Positions 25,548 to 35,264 of a stretch of DNA of 44,675 nucleotides are shown piece by piece (positions within the stretch are counted from its first letter, which is position 1; every line of letters begins with the position of its first letter). A program made the translations under genes and the position numbers. This DNA comes from Dehalococcoidales bacterium (lineage in GTDB: Bacteria > Chloroflexota > Dehalococcoidia > Dehalococcoidales > RBG-16-60-22). The stretch covers positions 1 through 44,675 of the forward strand of contig DATKWF010000009.1 of NCBI GenBank assembly GCA_035529715.1, in the 5' to 3' direction. Below the pieces are notes generated by a model that was not told the DNA's origin, ran no database searches, and saw only the letters and a list, made by a program, of their open reading frames with translations.

Positions 25548-26719
25548 TATTCCCTCACTCCATACATTTCAAATTCAGTATCGCTCCCCTTCTGAGCAAT
25601 CTCTTCACCACGGTTAACTATGTGCTTAAATCCGTCAACAGTAATATGTCTGCCGCCCAGACCAGCGACAAAGCTGGCTACCTTTGGTCTCTTGGGTTCA
25701 GCATACAGGGCTGCTTTGACCTCGGAACAAACCGGGGCCGGTCCACCATAAGAAAGTGCTCTATCCAGCACAACCAGGATATCAGCATCTTTTACTGCAT
25801 CACGAAATTCATCAAATGGGAAGGGGCGCCACAGGCGAATCCTAATCAGGCCAACGTCTTTGCCTTCCGCTCTCATCTCATCAATGGCTGCCATTGCTGT
25901 CTCGCTGTAGCTTCCCATGGTCAGCAGTAGAGTCTTGGCCCCATCGCTGCAGTATTTTTCCACCGGTGAATAATTACGCCCAAATTTTTCGCCAAACTCT
26001 TTCCATACTTCAAGAATTACTTTCTTGGACGCCTCCAGGTTTACTTCCTGGGCTTTCTTTGCCTCGGTATATATAAAGGGTGGACCGAAACATCCCATAG
26101 ATACAGGGTCCTCTATATTCAATGGCGACGGGTGCTTGTATGGTGGGAGAAACTCATCGACTTTAGCCTGGTCCGGGTAAGTTATAGGTTCAATCATGTG
26201 TGACAGATGGAAGCCGTCCAGGTGAATCATTACCGGAAGCACAACTCTCGGATCTTCACCCATGCGAAAACCGCAAATAACATTGTCAACTGACTCTTGT
26301 CCATTTTCAGTGAATATTTGTATCCAGCCGGTATCCCGGACAGACATAACATCGGAATGGTCACCCCAGACACTCAGCGGTGCCGACAGAGCCCGGTTAC
26401 ACACCGGCATGACGATTGGCAATCGCATAGATGAAGCGACGTACACTACCTCATGCATTAGCTCTAACCCCTGACCGGAGGTAGCGGTGAATGTTCTCGC
26501 GCCAGTAGCTGAACTGCCAAGGCAGGTGCTCATAGCGGAGTGTTCAGACTCAACTGGAACATAGGTGGCATCCAATTCACCATTAGCCACCAACGCAGCA
26601 AGATGTTCCGCAATATGACTCTGCGGGGTAATTGGATAAGCGGCAACTACATCAACTTTAGCAAGCTTTGCTGCTTCAGCAACAGCAATAGCTACTTCAA
26701 TTCCTTCTTTTTTTGCCAT
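25547..26719 (-). CDS. porA: 2-oxoacid:ferredoxin oxidoreductase alpha subunit
   Basis: PorA-like sequence; start set at MAKKEGIE, whose ATG overlaps the delta stop (TAATG), rather than at 26764. Confidence 0.85.
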   Translation of the reverse strand: MAKKEGIEVAIAVAEAAKLAKVDVVAAYPITPQSHIAEHLAALVANGELDATYVPVESEHSAMSTCLGSSATGARTFTATSGQGLELMHEVVYVASSMRLPIVMPVCNRALSAPLSVWGDHSDVMSVRDTGWIQIFTENGQESVDNVICGFRMGEDPRVVLPVMIHLDGFHLSHMIEPITYPDQAKVDEFLPPYKHPSPLNIEDPVSMGCFGPPFIYTEAKKAQEVNLEASKKVILEVWKEFGEKFGRNYSPVEKYCSDGAKTLLLTMGSYSETAMAAIDEMRAEGKDVGLIRIRLWRPFPFDEFRDAVKDADILVVLDRALSYGGPAPVCSEVKAALYAEPKRPKVASFVAGLGGRHITVDGFKHIVNRGEEIAQKGSDTEFEMYGVRE

Positions 26720-27015
26720 TATTCCTCCTTCTCCTCTACCATAGTTATTACAGTTCGGGGGCATTCAGCGGCGCAAATACCGCAACCTTTGCAGTAAAAA
26801 TAATTAGGTTCAAAATAACCCTCCTCATTCTCCTCCATACACCCCTCAGGACAATATACATAGCAGAGTCCGCATTTAGTACATTTGCCTAAATCCATTA
26901 TCGGCCTCTGTGACCGCCAGTCTCCGGTTTTATACTGGTCAGCATTTCCAGCTTCGGTCACTACTACACCAATACTAAGGTCTTTCCAAGTTAGTTCTTC
27001 CGGTTTCTTAGCCAT
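26719..27015 (-). CDS. porD: 2-oxoacid:ferredoxin oxidoreductase delta subunit (2x[4Fe-4S])
   Basis: CTKCGLCYVYCP and CKGCGICAAECP motifs, 98 aa. Confidence 0.85.
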   Translation of the reverse strand: MAKKPEELTWKDLSIGVVVTEAGNADQYKTGDWRSQRPIMDLGKCTKCGLCYVYCPEGCMEENEEGYFEPNYFYCKGCGICAAECPRTVITMVEEKEE

Positions 27016-27017
27016 TA

Positions 27018-27590
27018 TTACTCATCCCCCATTTTAGTCTCTTGGTAAGCTTTTTCCATAGCCTTGATATTCCGCTCAGCCAATCTGCCAAAACGCTCTT
27101 TTAGTGGCTCAATCATGGATTCCATTTTTACAATATCGGTAACTTTTAGCAGAGCGCCAGCCATGGTAGTATTAACAATCGGTACACCTAGCTGTTCCAT
27201 GGCAATTTTATTGGCGTCAACTGTTGCTACCAGATAGTCAGTACCAAGTATTTGCTTGATTGCCGTCGCATTCTTTATAGTGTTAACGATAATGATCCCG
27301 TCTTTTTTTATCCCGGCAGTAACGTCAACAATGGCGAGCAGTCCGGGGTCAAGAACTATGACTATATCAGGTTCTTCAACCTCGGCTCTGACTCTTATGC
27401 GCTCCTTGCTGCTTACCCGGTTAAATGCCAGGACTGGTGCGCCTCTCCTTTCGGGACCAAAACTAGGAAACGCCTGAGCATACTTATCCTCACTTATGGC
27501 AGCCTTTGCTACCAACTCGGCTGAGGTAACTGCTCCCTGACCACCACGCCCGTGCCATCTGATTTCAATAATCTTTGTTAAATCTATCAT
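27018..27590 (-). CDS. porG: 2-oxoacid:ferredoxin oxidoreductase gamma subunit
   Basis: 190 aa, GRGGQG motif near the N-terminus, first gene of the cluster. Confidence 0.85.
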   Translation of the reverse strand: MIDLTKIIEIRWHGRGGQGAVTSAELVAKAAISEDKYAQAFPSFGPERRGAPVLAFNRVSSKERIRVRAEVEEPDIVIVLDPGLLAIVDVTAGIKKDGIIIVNTIKNATAIKQILGTDYLVATVDANKIAMEQLGVPIVNTTMAGALLKVTDIVKMESMIEPLKERFGRLAERNIKAMEKAYQETKMGDE

Positions 27591-27615
27591 TTCACTCTCC
27601 TCATTACTCTAAAAG

Positions 27616-27688
27616 CGCCCCTGGAGCGACTCGAACGCTCGCACCCAGCTTCGGAGGCTGGTGCTCTATCCAACTGAGCTACAGGGGC
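27616..27688 (-). tRNA. tRNA-Arg (anticodon CCG), CCA not encoded
   Basis: Acceptor GCCCCTG/CAGGGGC, D-arm GCTCAGTTGGATAGAGC, anticodon loop CTCCGAA, T-arm GAGCG-TTCGAGT-CGCTC. Confidence 0.85.
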
Positions 27689-27983
27689 CTAAGGCCATAT
27701 TACCACGTAGCCAGTGAACGAGCAATTTAACATTTTTTAACTTTTTAACAGCAGCCGATAGCAGTAAACGCATGTCTCCAAAAGTACCAACTGTTTTAAA
27801 TAGCAGGAACATGAGGGTGCTGGAAGTGAGGGGAAAGAAAAAAGTGGTAGCCAGAGATTGTTCTAGCTCTATTAAGAGGAAATAATATAGAAGACTGAGG
27901 GCTATAATGATTAGCGTAAAGGTGATTTTCTTTTTAGTCCTGACTACTTCCGCGTCTACAAACTCTCCAGCTTCTTCTACCAT
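27666..27983 (-). CDS. hypothetical small membrane protein (doubtful)
   Basis: AT-rich ORF with two hydrophobic segments, weak RBS, 3' end overlaps tRNA-Arg by 23 nt. Confidence 0.25.
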   Translation of the reverse strand: MVEEAGEFVDAEVVRTKKKITFTLIIIALSLLYYFLLIELEQSLATTFFFPLTSSTLMFLLFKTVGTFGDMRLLLSAAVKKLKNVKLLVHWLRGNMALGPCSSVG

Positions 27984-28301
27984 TTAAACAAAATCTCTTT
28001 CTATGATTCCCAAGAACAAGCAAAGTCAGTAGCCAAGTGTTATTATAGCAGAAGTTTAGTTGATAGCAAAGAGTATAACCCCGGAACAACAAATTTCCTT
28101 CCTCTTGCGTTCCAGAGCGCCGTTTTCATTATAACCACTTTCTGCGATTGGTGCAAGGGTTGACATTTGTAGTTAATACCGACTGAGCTGGAATAATGGC
28201 GCCATGATATTGCGGTTCTTGCTCGGCGCTTACTTCAGTTTCACCATGGTCCAGGCGGGTGATATAATCCTGTTCTACAGATGTCAGTCCATGCCGAGCC
28301 G

Positions 28302-30059
28302 CTAGACGAGAACGTTCCAGGCGAGCAGGACAATGAAGCTTAACAGCACCACAATAATCATGAGTCCCAGCTGGATACGATAGCGGTCAGGGTTGAAGGC
28401 TGAGGGTTCGGGGGCAGGTTTTTCAGTATGGAGGAGAGCATATTTGGTGGACCTCATGCTCTCAACAAAGTGCCCAGCAGGATTGTCACTCAGTCTGACG
28501 ATATACCAGACAAAGCGATAGGCCAGGTTTTCTACAGCACCATACAGGCGGCACACCAAAACACTGAACACATTGTAAGCCAGCCGGGATGGTCTCCGGT
28601 AGAACCAGTCAGTATCCAGCGTGATTGTCCCCTCCGCATGGAGCCGGCTCTTTACCAGCCAGAAGCCAAGGCCGGTGAAAATCAGCAACTGCATGGTTTC
28701 TATCAGGTGCCCAGCAGTGTATGGCTGGTAGTTTACTTCAAAGGGCAAAAGGTTATAAAGCAGTGCGGGGTATACTCCGATAGCTATACATATTGCTGAA
28801 GTCAGCGCCATACCAATATACATACCCAGCGGCACCGGTTTCGGTTTCAGGGCGCGGTCAGTACTGAACCAGGTAAAATACGGCAGTTTCAGTCCGATGG
28901 ACAGAAAAGTGCCGATGGAAGCTAGCTCCAGCAGTAAGACTATGATTCCAAAATGGCTAACCGCAGCGGCATTTATCACCATGGTCTTACTGACAAAACC
29001 GCTAAACAGGGGCACTCCAGAAATGGAAAAGGCGCCGACCATGAAAAATATCAGGGTGGGCCACATCTTCCGGAATAGCCCGCCCAGTTCTGTCATTTTG
29101 CTGCGGCCGGTGGCGTAGAGGACTGTACCTATGCCCATGAATAGCAATCCCTTATACAGGATATGAGCAAAGGCATGAGCGGTGGCACCGTTAATCGCCA
29201 TCTCGGTGCCTATGCCAATGCCACAGACCATATAGCCAACCTGACTGATAATGTGATAGGAGAGGAGGCGACGGCCATCGTTGGCGAGGAAGGCAAAAAC
29301 AACGCCGTAGACAGCCATGAATGCCCCTGCCCACATCAGTAACTCGAAACCAGCGAAGCCGCGGGCGAGGGCGTAAACCGCCACCTTGGTGGTGAAAGCA
29401 CTAAGAAAAACACTGCCGGAGACGGTACCTTCGGGATAGGCATCAGGCAGCCAGCCGTTAAGCGGTGGGACGGCAGCATTGAGGGCAAACCCGAAAAGAA
29501 TCAGGTATGAGGCAATACTACCTTCAAAGTGATTAAATAATATCGAACCCGTTCCCCCAATATGCCAGATGATTCCAGCCATAAGCACACTGCCGCCAAA
29601 GGCATGAACCAGGAGGTATCGGAAACCGGCACGACTTGACTCCGGCCTTCTTCTTGCCCAGACGAGACAGACAGAAGATAGCGCCATTATTTCCCAGAAG
29701 ACAAGCAGCGTAAACAGGTCGCCGGCAAAGACCACCCCGATTGAACTACCGACATAGAGTAGAGCCGTTACCTGCTGCAGGGCATCTTTAACATGGAATC
29801 CGAAGATACCACCTAGGAACCCCATGATAACAAAGACATAGCCAAAGCAAATACTTAACCTGTCCACCCGGCAGGGCATCAGTTCGTAGTTAAGGAAATG
29901 GAAAGTCAGTCTCGCTCCCGGCTCCAGCTGCAGCAGGAAGTAAAAAGCTAAAGCCACAACTACCAGATATGCCGACGACCGCATCTGTCTGGGCAGAATC
30001 GGTAGTACAACTGCCCCGATTACAAAGATGATTGCCAGTGGAAAACTACTCATCATCAT
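28302..30059 (-). CDS. Mrp/complex-I antiporter-like large subunit (third copy) with a ~150-aa C-terminal extension
   Basis: 585 aa; NuoL/M/N-MrpD core (WLPDAYPEG, LLSYHIISQVGYM, HAFAHILYKGLLFM). Confidence 0.8.
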   Translation of the reverse strand: MMMSSFPLAIIFVIGAVVLPILPRQMRSSAYLVVVALAFYFLLQLEPGARLTFHFLNYELMPCRVDRLSICFGYVFVIMGFLGGIFGFHVKDALQQVTALLYVGSSIGVVFAGDLFTLLVFWEIMALSSVCLVWARRRPESSRAGFRYLLVHAFGGSVLMAGIIWHIGGTGSILFNHFEGSIASYLILFGFALNAAVPPLNGWLPDAYPEGTVSGSVFLSAFTTKVAVYALARGFAGFELLMWAGAFMAVYGVVFAFLANDGRRLLSYHIISQVGYMVCGIGIGTEMAINGATAHAFAHILYKGLLFMGIGTVLYATGRSKMTELGGLFRKMWPTLIFFMVGAFSISGVPLFSGFVSKTMVINAAAVSHFGIIVLLLELASIGTFLSIGLKLPYFTWFSTDRALKPKPVPLGMYIGMALTSAICIAIGVYPALLYNLLPFEVNYQPYTAGHLIETMQLLIFTGLGFWLVKSRLHAEGTITLDTDWFYRRPSRLAYNVFSVLVCRLYGAVENLAYRFVWYIVRLSDNPAGHFVESMRSTKYALLHTEKPAPEPSAFNPDRYRIQLGLMIIVVLLSFIVLLAWNVLV

Positions 30060-30279
30060 TTCGGTCGTAGTAATCCTCCTTGCGCTGCAGCCAGTAATGA
30101 CCGATTAATTTAGCAAAAGCAATGAGAAGCAAACAGCCGATGACACCAAATAGAGCAAAGAACCCGGCAACTCCGGACCAGGGGAAAGCATTGTGGCCGT
30201 GCCCCATCACCAGGAAAAATTCAAGCAAAATAAGAATGACCAGGCTCACTATAAAAACTGCCAACCAGCGGCGTATCAT
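30046..30279 (-). CDS. small 2-3 TM protein coupled between antiporter-like subunits
   Basis: 77 aa from an ATG at 30279 that overlaps the upstream stop as ATGA; its 3' end overlaps the next start by 14 nt; the longer 173-aa reading lies inside the upstream gene. Confidence 0.45.
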   Translation of the reverse strand: MIRRWLAVFIVSLVILILLEFFLVMGHGHNAFPWSGVAGFFALFGVIGCLLLIAFAKLIGHYWLQRKEDYYDRNDDE

Positions 30280-31766
30280 AACCCACCTCCACCGAGAACA
30301 TTGCTGGCAACTCTGGCAGCCAACTGGAAAAGGTTCGGGAATTGATTGGGGAAGATGCCCAGCCAGAGCGCAAATATAGCCGTCAGCACCAGCGGAATAA
30401 CCATCAAAGGAGAAGCCTCGCCAAACTTGGTAAACTTGTCGGAACGGAAGAAGAAGGCACGGACAACGATGCTGAAAAAGTAGCCGGCATTGAGTACACC
30501 GCTGAGTAGAAAAGTAGCCACTAAAGCCATCTGGCCCACATCCAGTGCTCCCTGCACCAGATACCATTTACTGATGAAACCATTGACTGGTGGCATTCCC
30601 GCCAGCCCAATTGACACCAGGGCAAAAGCACCCATAGTGATTGGCATCTGCCGACCAATACCATTCATCTCACTTACATTCTTACAGTTCGTCCTGACGT
30701 ATATAGCACCGGCGCAGAAAAAGAGGGTAATTTTCATCACCGCATGGTTTACCATGTGGAGAAGCCCTCCAGTCCAGCCGCTCGCTGAGAGCATGGTTAT
30801 GCCCAGGACAATATAGGACAGGTGCCCTACCGTGGAATAAGCCAGACGCATCTTCAGATTATCCTGGCGCAGGGCAATAAGTGAAGCGATTATTATCGTG
30901 GCAGCAGTAAGACCAGCCAGATAACCCGATGCCCCGCTATCGTGTAAGAGTTGGGGGCCAATGATAAAGCCGATAGCCCGCGCAAAGCCGAAGACACCGG
31001 CTTTTACCACCGCTACGGCGTGGAGCAGAGCACTGACTGGAGTCGGTGCCACCATAGCCGTCGGTAGCCAGCTGTGCAGCGGCATAATCGCTGACTTGAA
31101 CCCAAAGCTTAACAAAAACAGGATAGACAGCAGGATGACGCTACTCTTGCTCACCTGCTCCGGTATAATTCCCCCCGCCCTGAAATCAACTGAGCCACTG
31201 AGCTGATAGGTCAGCGCCAGGGCAAAGAGAAGGAACGTCCCGCCGGTAAGCAGGTAGACCAGATACTTCCTTCCTGCCGATATTGCCTCCGGCGTCTCCT
31301 TGTGGATGACCAGAGGATAGGTGGCAATGGTCAGTATTTCATAAAATATGACCAGTGTCAGCAGATTGGCAGCGAAGGCAATACCCATGGTGGCGGAAAG
31401 GCAAACGGCAAAGCTGGCAAAGTAGCGCGTTTGCTTGTGCTCCGGTACGCCGCGCACATAACCAATAGAGAAAAATGAGGTTAAAATCCACAACACCGAA
31501 GCGGAAAGAGCAAAGAGGATACCCAGGGAATCTACCTTCAGTGCCAGGGAAATACCTGGAGAAATGGTTAATAAAGTTATCGCTGGATAGTTACCTTGGA
31601 GTACGCTGGGCAGCATGGACAGTACAATGGCGCATTTGGCTATCGCCGCCATTATTGTCCAGGACTCACGGACATTTGGCCGCTGGTTGGGAATCACAAT
31701 CAAGACCACAGCTATTAACGAGACCAGTACTGCCAGCAGTGGTTTTATTGAGAAATATGTTTCCAT
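30276..31766 (-). CDS. Mrp antiporter-like large subunit (MrpA/NuoL-like core, second copy)
   Basis: 496 aa; SAIMPLHSWLPTAM, LLHAVAVVKAGVF, LAYSTVGHLSYIVLG. Confidence 0.85.
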   Translation of the reverse strand: METYFSIKPLLAVLVSLIAVVLIVIPNQRPNVRESWTIMAAIAKCAIVLSMLPSVLQGNYPAITLLTISPGISLALKVDSLGILFALSASVLWILTSFFSIGYVRGVPEHKQTRYFASFAVCLSATMGIAFAANLLTLVIFYEILTIATYPLVIHKETPEAISAGRKYLVYLLTGGTFLLFALALTYQLSGSVDFRAGGIIPEQVSKSSVILLSILFLLSFGFKSAIMPLHSWLPTAMVAPTPVSALLHAVAVVKAGVFGFARAIGFIIGPQLLHDSGASGYLAGLTAATIIIASLIALRQDNLKMRLAYSTVGHLSYIVLGITMLSASGWTGGLLHMVNHAVMKITLFFCAGAIYVRTNCKNVSEMNGIGRQMPITMGAFALVSIGLAGMPPVNGFISKWYLVQGALDVGQMALVATFLLSGVLNAGYFFSIVVRAFFFRSDKFTKFGEASPLMVIPLVLTAIFALWLGIFPNQFPNLFQLAARVASNVLGGGGL

Positions 31767-31797
31767 AAAACTAATTTCGTCTTTCTACTTTCGCAAA

Positions 31798-33273
31798 TCA
31801 CAAAAGCGCTACCACCGGCTTCAATACCTGAGTAACAATAACAGCATTAATGAACCCCAGAACAATGATACCAGCGGCAAGAATCAGTATTGGTACCAGG
31901 ATTCTTGCCGAAGGCTCTTTTGCCCGCTCCACCTCTGCCGACAACTCATTGCTTGGCTTAACCGCAAAGATTTTCTCAATCACCCGGAAAAAGTAGACAG
32001 CGTTAAGCAGGCTACTGGCCAGAATCACGGCAACAAAGACCCAGTTATTGGCTTCAAGACCGCCCAGTATCAGATACCATTTGCTGAAGAAGCCGCAGGT
32101 CGGCGGTATACCCACCATGGACAGTGCCGCCACGGTAAAAGCGGTCATCATCAATGGCATCTTGCGTCCCAGGCCGGCAAACTGTGGTATCTCGTGAAGT
32201 CCGGTCTGATACTTGATGCCGCCGGCAACCAAAAAGAGGCTGCTCTTCATAAAAGCATGGTTAAGGATGTGAAGCAGACCCCCAATGAGTCCCAGCGGGT
32301 TAGCCAGCCCGATTCCCAGTCCGATATAGGACACCTGGGCGACAGTGCTGTAGGCAAGCATACGCTTGAACTCCTTCTGGGCAATAGCCATAACCGAGCC
32401 AAAAATGATACCGACGGCAGCTACCCAACCGATTATCGTAGTCACCGGCAGGACTTCAATAAAGTACTGGGGTTGGAAAACAGTGAGCAGCATGCGAATT
32501 ATAACGTAGGCGGCGACCTCAATCTGAATCGCTGCCAGCACCGCTGCCACTACCGGCGGTGCATAGCTATGGGCGTCAGGTAGCCAGACATGCAGCGGAA
32601 AGAGAGCCATCTTGATACCCATGCCGATAACAATAAGGGCGACGGCTGCCATTATCGCTGGTGAGCCATACAGAGGCGGCAAAAGCCGGGCGGCATCAGC
32701 CATATTGAGAGTTCCCGTGGAAAAGTAAATAAAACCAACTCCCAAAAGGTAGAAACTACCGGCAATTGTCCCCAGTACCAGGTAGCGGAAGCTAGCCACC
32801 ACAGCACGGTCCCCACCCAGCGTTATCAAGGCGTAACTTGCTAAGGAATAAATCTCAAGGAAGACAAAGAGATTAAACAGGTCACCGGTAATTACCACAC
32901 CGACAAGTCCGGCAATCAGTAACATAAGGAGTCCATACATGGGGACACCTTTCCTGGGGGTCTGATATAAGCCGGCTTCGGGCGGGTAAACCACGGCAAT
33001 TAAGCCGATAAATACGATGATTATGACCATGAATGCCGAAAGATGGTCAAGCACATATTCAATACCAAAGGGTGGCGGCCATCCCCCCAGAAAATGGCGC
33101 AACTCTCCTTCTTTCAGAACGCGGAACAGTCCGGTGCTGGCAGCTATCAGCGAGAGGACAACACCAATAATCGCGGTAAAATATGCCCACTTTAGCCGCC
33201 ATATTCCTACCAGTGTTGCAATGAAGGCGAACAGTAATAACGGCGCCAGAGTAAGAATTGATAGACTTGACAT
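31798..33273 (-). CDS. mrpD: Mrp antiporter subunit D (NuoN/M-like)
   Basis: 491 aa; MALFPLHVWLPDAHS, LAYSTVAQVSYIGLG, HILNHAFMKSSLF. Confidence 0.85.
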   Translation of the reverse strand: MSSLSILTLAPLLLFAFIATLVGIWRLKWAYFTAIIGVVLSLIAASTGLFRVLKEGELRHFLGGWPPPFGIEYVLDHLSAFMVIIIVFIGLIAVVYPPEAGLYQTPRKGVPMYGLLMLLIAGLVGVVITGDLFNLFVFLEIYSLASYALITLGGDRAVVASFRYLVLGTIAGSFYLLGVGFIYFSTGTLNMADAARLLPPLYGSPAIMAAVALIVIGMGIKMALFPLHVWLPDAHSYAPPVVAAVLAAIQIEVAAYVIIRMLLTVFQPQYFIEVLPVTTIIGWVAAVGIIFGSVMAIAQKEFKRMLAYSTVAQVSYIGLGIGLANPLGLIGGLLHILNHAFMKSSLFLVAGGIKYQTGLHEIPQFAGLGRKMPLMMTAFTVAALSMVGIPPTCGFFSKWYLILGGLEANNWVFVAVILASSLLNAVYFFRVIEKIFAVKPSNELSAEVERAKEPSARILVPILILAAGIIVLGFINAVIVTQVLKPVVALL

Positions 33274-33657
33274 TTACTCAGACATCTCTTTCATTGCCGA
33301 CATAATAGCCTTGTCATCCAGAGTTTTATAAGCGCGATAGATAACTATCAGAAAAGCCAGCGCTACCCCGGTAAGGGAAATACCCACCACGATTCCGGTC
33401 AGTATCAGCACGTGCGGTAGCGGGTTTATGTATTTGAATGCCTCCATGCCACGCTCCGGGTCAATCACAGGTACTGTGCCTCCCAGCTTGGTGGCACCCT
33501 CAATAAAAAAGAGAAAGATTGCAGTCTGAAAAATATTCATCCCGATGAGCTTTTTCAGCAGGTTGCGCTTGCCGAGCATGCCGTAAAGACCGAGAGCTAA
33601 GAGGACAGTAATCAACAGGTACACATATCGGGACATGAATAGCTCGACCATTACCAT
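33274..33657 (-). CDS. mrpC: Mrp antiporter subunit C (NuoK-like)
   Basis: 127 aa, 3 TM, GMNIFQTAIFLFFI motif region. Confidence 0.85.
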   Translation of the reverse strand: MVMVELFMSRYVYLLITVLLALGLYGMLGKRNLLKKLIGMNIFQTAIFLFFIEGATKLGGTVPVIDPERGMEAFKYINPLPHVLILTGIVVGISLTGVALAFLIVIYRAYKTLDDKAIMSAMKEMSE

Positions 33658-34088
33658 CTCTCCCCGACTAAATTATCGAAAATAAGCACCAGAGTGCCAA
33701 ATACCGCCAGGCCTATTCCAAGTTCAACAATCAGGATGCCAAGCGCCCTTAGCTCGGCTCCATGTACCCACGGTATGGGAAGATAGGCATAGTCTAAAAA
33801 TGAGCCACCCATCGCCAAGGGAATTATCCCGGCCAGTCCGTAGATCAGCATGCCAATAGCCCCAAGTGCCAGTGCCAATTTTGGCGGGAATCTTTTATAG
33901 GAGATTTCTTTTCCCAGGTACAGACGCTGTAAGATAATGCTGACGGCGAGTAAGACCCCACCCTGAAACCCACCACCCGGACCATAGTGGCCGTGTATGA
34001 TTATGTAGAGAGCGAACATTTGAATAAACGGGATTAACAAACTGCAAATTGTCTGCACTATGATGCTCTGGAATCGCTTCTCTATCAT
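33651..34088 (-). CDS. MnhB-domain subunit (MrpB-like)
   Basis: About 145 aa from the ATG at 34088, which overlaps the upstream stop as ATGA; HGHYGPGGGFQGG motif. Confidence 0.8.
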   Translation of the reverse strand: MIEKRFQSIIVQTICSLLIPFIQMFALYIIIHGHYGPGGGFQGGVLLAVSIILQRLYLGKEISYKRFPPKLALALGAIGMLIYGLAGIIPLAMGGSFLDYAYLPIPWVHGAELRALGILIVELGIGLAVFGTLVLIFDNLVGERW

Positions 34089-34360
34089 CGAGTTTTCCTC
34101 TTCATAAGTATCAGGACGCAAGCAAGACCAGCGGTGAAAATAACTACTGTTTCGCCAAGCGTGTCATAGCCCCGGTAGTCAGCCAGCACGGAAGTAACAA
34201 TATTGGGGGTGTGGGTATCCTCAATCGTATATTCAATATAGCTTGGTGAAACATGCTGGCTAGCTGGAGCCTGAGGGTCAGCATGACTCGGTAAGCCACT
34301 GGTGGCATACAGCATCAGGGCAAAAAACAGGGCCATGATTGGAACGCTAAGCCACTTCAA
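34085..34360 (-). CDS. small Mrp subunit (MnhB N-terminal-like)
   Basis: 91 aa; VTSVLADYRGYDTLGE resembles the conserved DxRGxDTxGE motif. Confidence 0.65.
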   Translation of the reverse strand: MKWLSVPIMALFFALMLYATSGLPSHADPQAPASQHVSPSYIEYTIEDTHTPNIVTSVLADYRGYDTLGETVVIFTAGLACVLILMKRKTR

Positions 34361-34602
34361 TCTTCAGACCTCCGTTTGGTACGAAATAGGGCAATAATGA
34401 AAAATACCCCGCTTATGCCGGCTCCCAGCGTTACTTCAACAAAAGCGACATCAATCGCTCCCATCTGGGTGAATAACAACGCCACAAAGAAACTATATGC
34501 GGATAGAGCGACTACTGCCGCCAGCAGGTCATGAACTGAAAGAGCAATGACTGCCGTAATAATCAGAATAACCAGCAGCCAGAAGTCAATTTGCCAAATC
34601 AT
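34357..34602 (-). CDS. small Mrp subunit (DUF4040 / MrpA C-terminal-like)
   Basis: 81 aa, 3 TM; call rests on position and size, by analogy with split Mrp/Mbh modules. Confidence 0.6.
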   Translation of the reverse strand: MIWQIDFWLLVILIITAVIALSVHDLLAAVVALSAYSFFVALLFTQMGAIDVAFVEVTLGAGISGVFFIIALFRTKRRSED

Positions 34603-34626
34603 GATTCCTTATTCCATTCTCCTCAA

Positions 34627-34965
34627 TTACTTATCAGGGCTGCTAGCTCCGCTATCCGGCTTCTTTTTTCGTGTCCATGGCTGCAAGCCTGTCCGAAGAG
34701 CTGCCCTCGATATAGCATGGGTTGCCGTGGGGTTAGCAATCAGCACAAACAGCAAAATAAACAGTATCTTAAAAGTACTGAGTTCCCAGCCATTGTAGAC
34801 GGCTAGACCACTGAGGGTTAATATTGCTCCCAGCGTCTCTGATTTCCCCACGGCATGAGTTCTGGCATAAAAGTCTGGCAGTCGAAGCAAGCCGAGACTA
34901 CTCACCGTTAGAAAAAAAGCGCCGCCAACAATAAGTATAATCGCCACAATGGTTTGAGCTAGCAT
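34627..34965 (-). CDS. mrpG: Mrp antiporter subunit G
   Basis: GLLRLPDFYARTHAVGKSETLG motif. Confidence 0.8.
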   Translation of the reverse strand: MLAQTIVAIILIVGGAFFLTVSSLGLLRLPDFYARTHAVGKSETLGAILTLSGLAVYNGWELSTFKILFILLFVLIANPTATHAISRAALRTGLQPWTRKKKPDSGASSPDK

Positions 34966-35264
34966 TAAGAACTCTCCGTCTTCCTATCAAAATATTTTCC
35001 CAGCACAATTACAATAACAAAGTTAAGAAGTGCGTAGGCGATGGCAAGGTCAACAAACATATCAATTCGTTTGAAGATAAACCCGATTAAGGTCAGCAAA
35101 ATAAAGCCGTTAGTCCCGACTAAACCAGCAGCAATTATACGGTCAAATATAGTTTTGCCCACTGCTACCCGGTACAGGGAGGCAGCAGTCAGCAGGGTAA
35201 TAAAAATAGTGATACCCAAAAGGAAAGAACTCATTGCCCAAGTTCCTCCAGGGAATATACCCAC
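34965..35264 (-). CDS. mrpF: Mrp antiporter subunit F
   Basis: 99 aa, 3 TM, IFDRIIAAGLVGTNG motif. Confidence 0.8.
   Translation of the reverse strand: MGIFPGGTWAMSSFLLGITIFITLLTAASLYRVAVGKTIFDRIIAAGLVGTNGFILLTLIGFIFKRIDMFVDLAIAYALLNFVIVIVLGKYFDRKTESS

Noticed and set aside
30280-30567. N-terminal extension that would make the small Mrp ORF 173 aa
   Set aside because: The extension lies entirely inside the 496-aa subunit gene in another frame; the ATG at 30279 with an ATGA overlap is the plausible start
31615-32583. 322-aa plus-strand ORF across mrpD and the second large subunit
   Set aside because: Antisense to two strongly supported membrane-subunit genes; the product is a low-complexity polar sequence with no motifs
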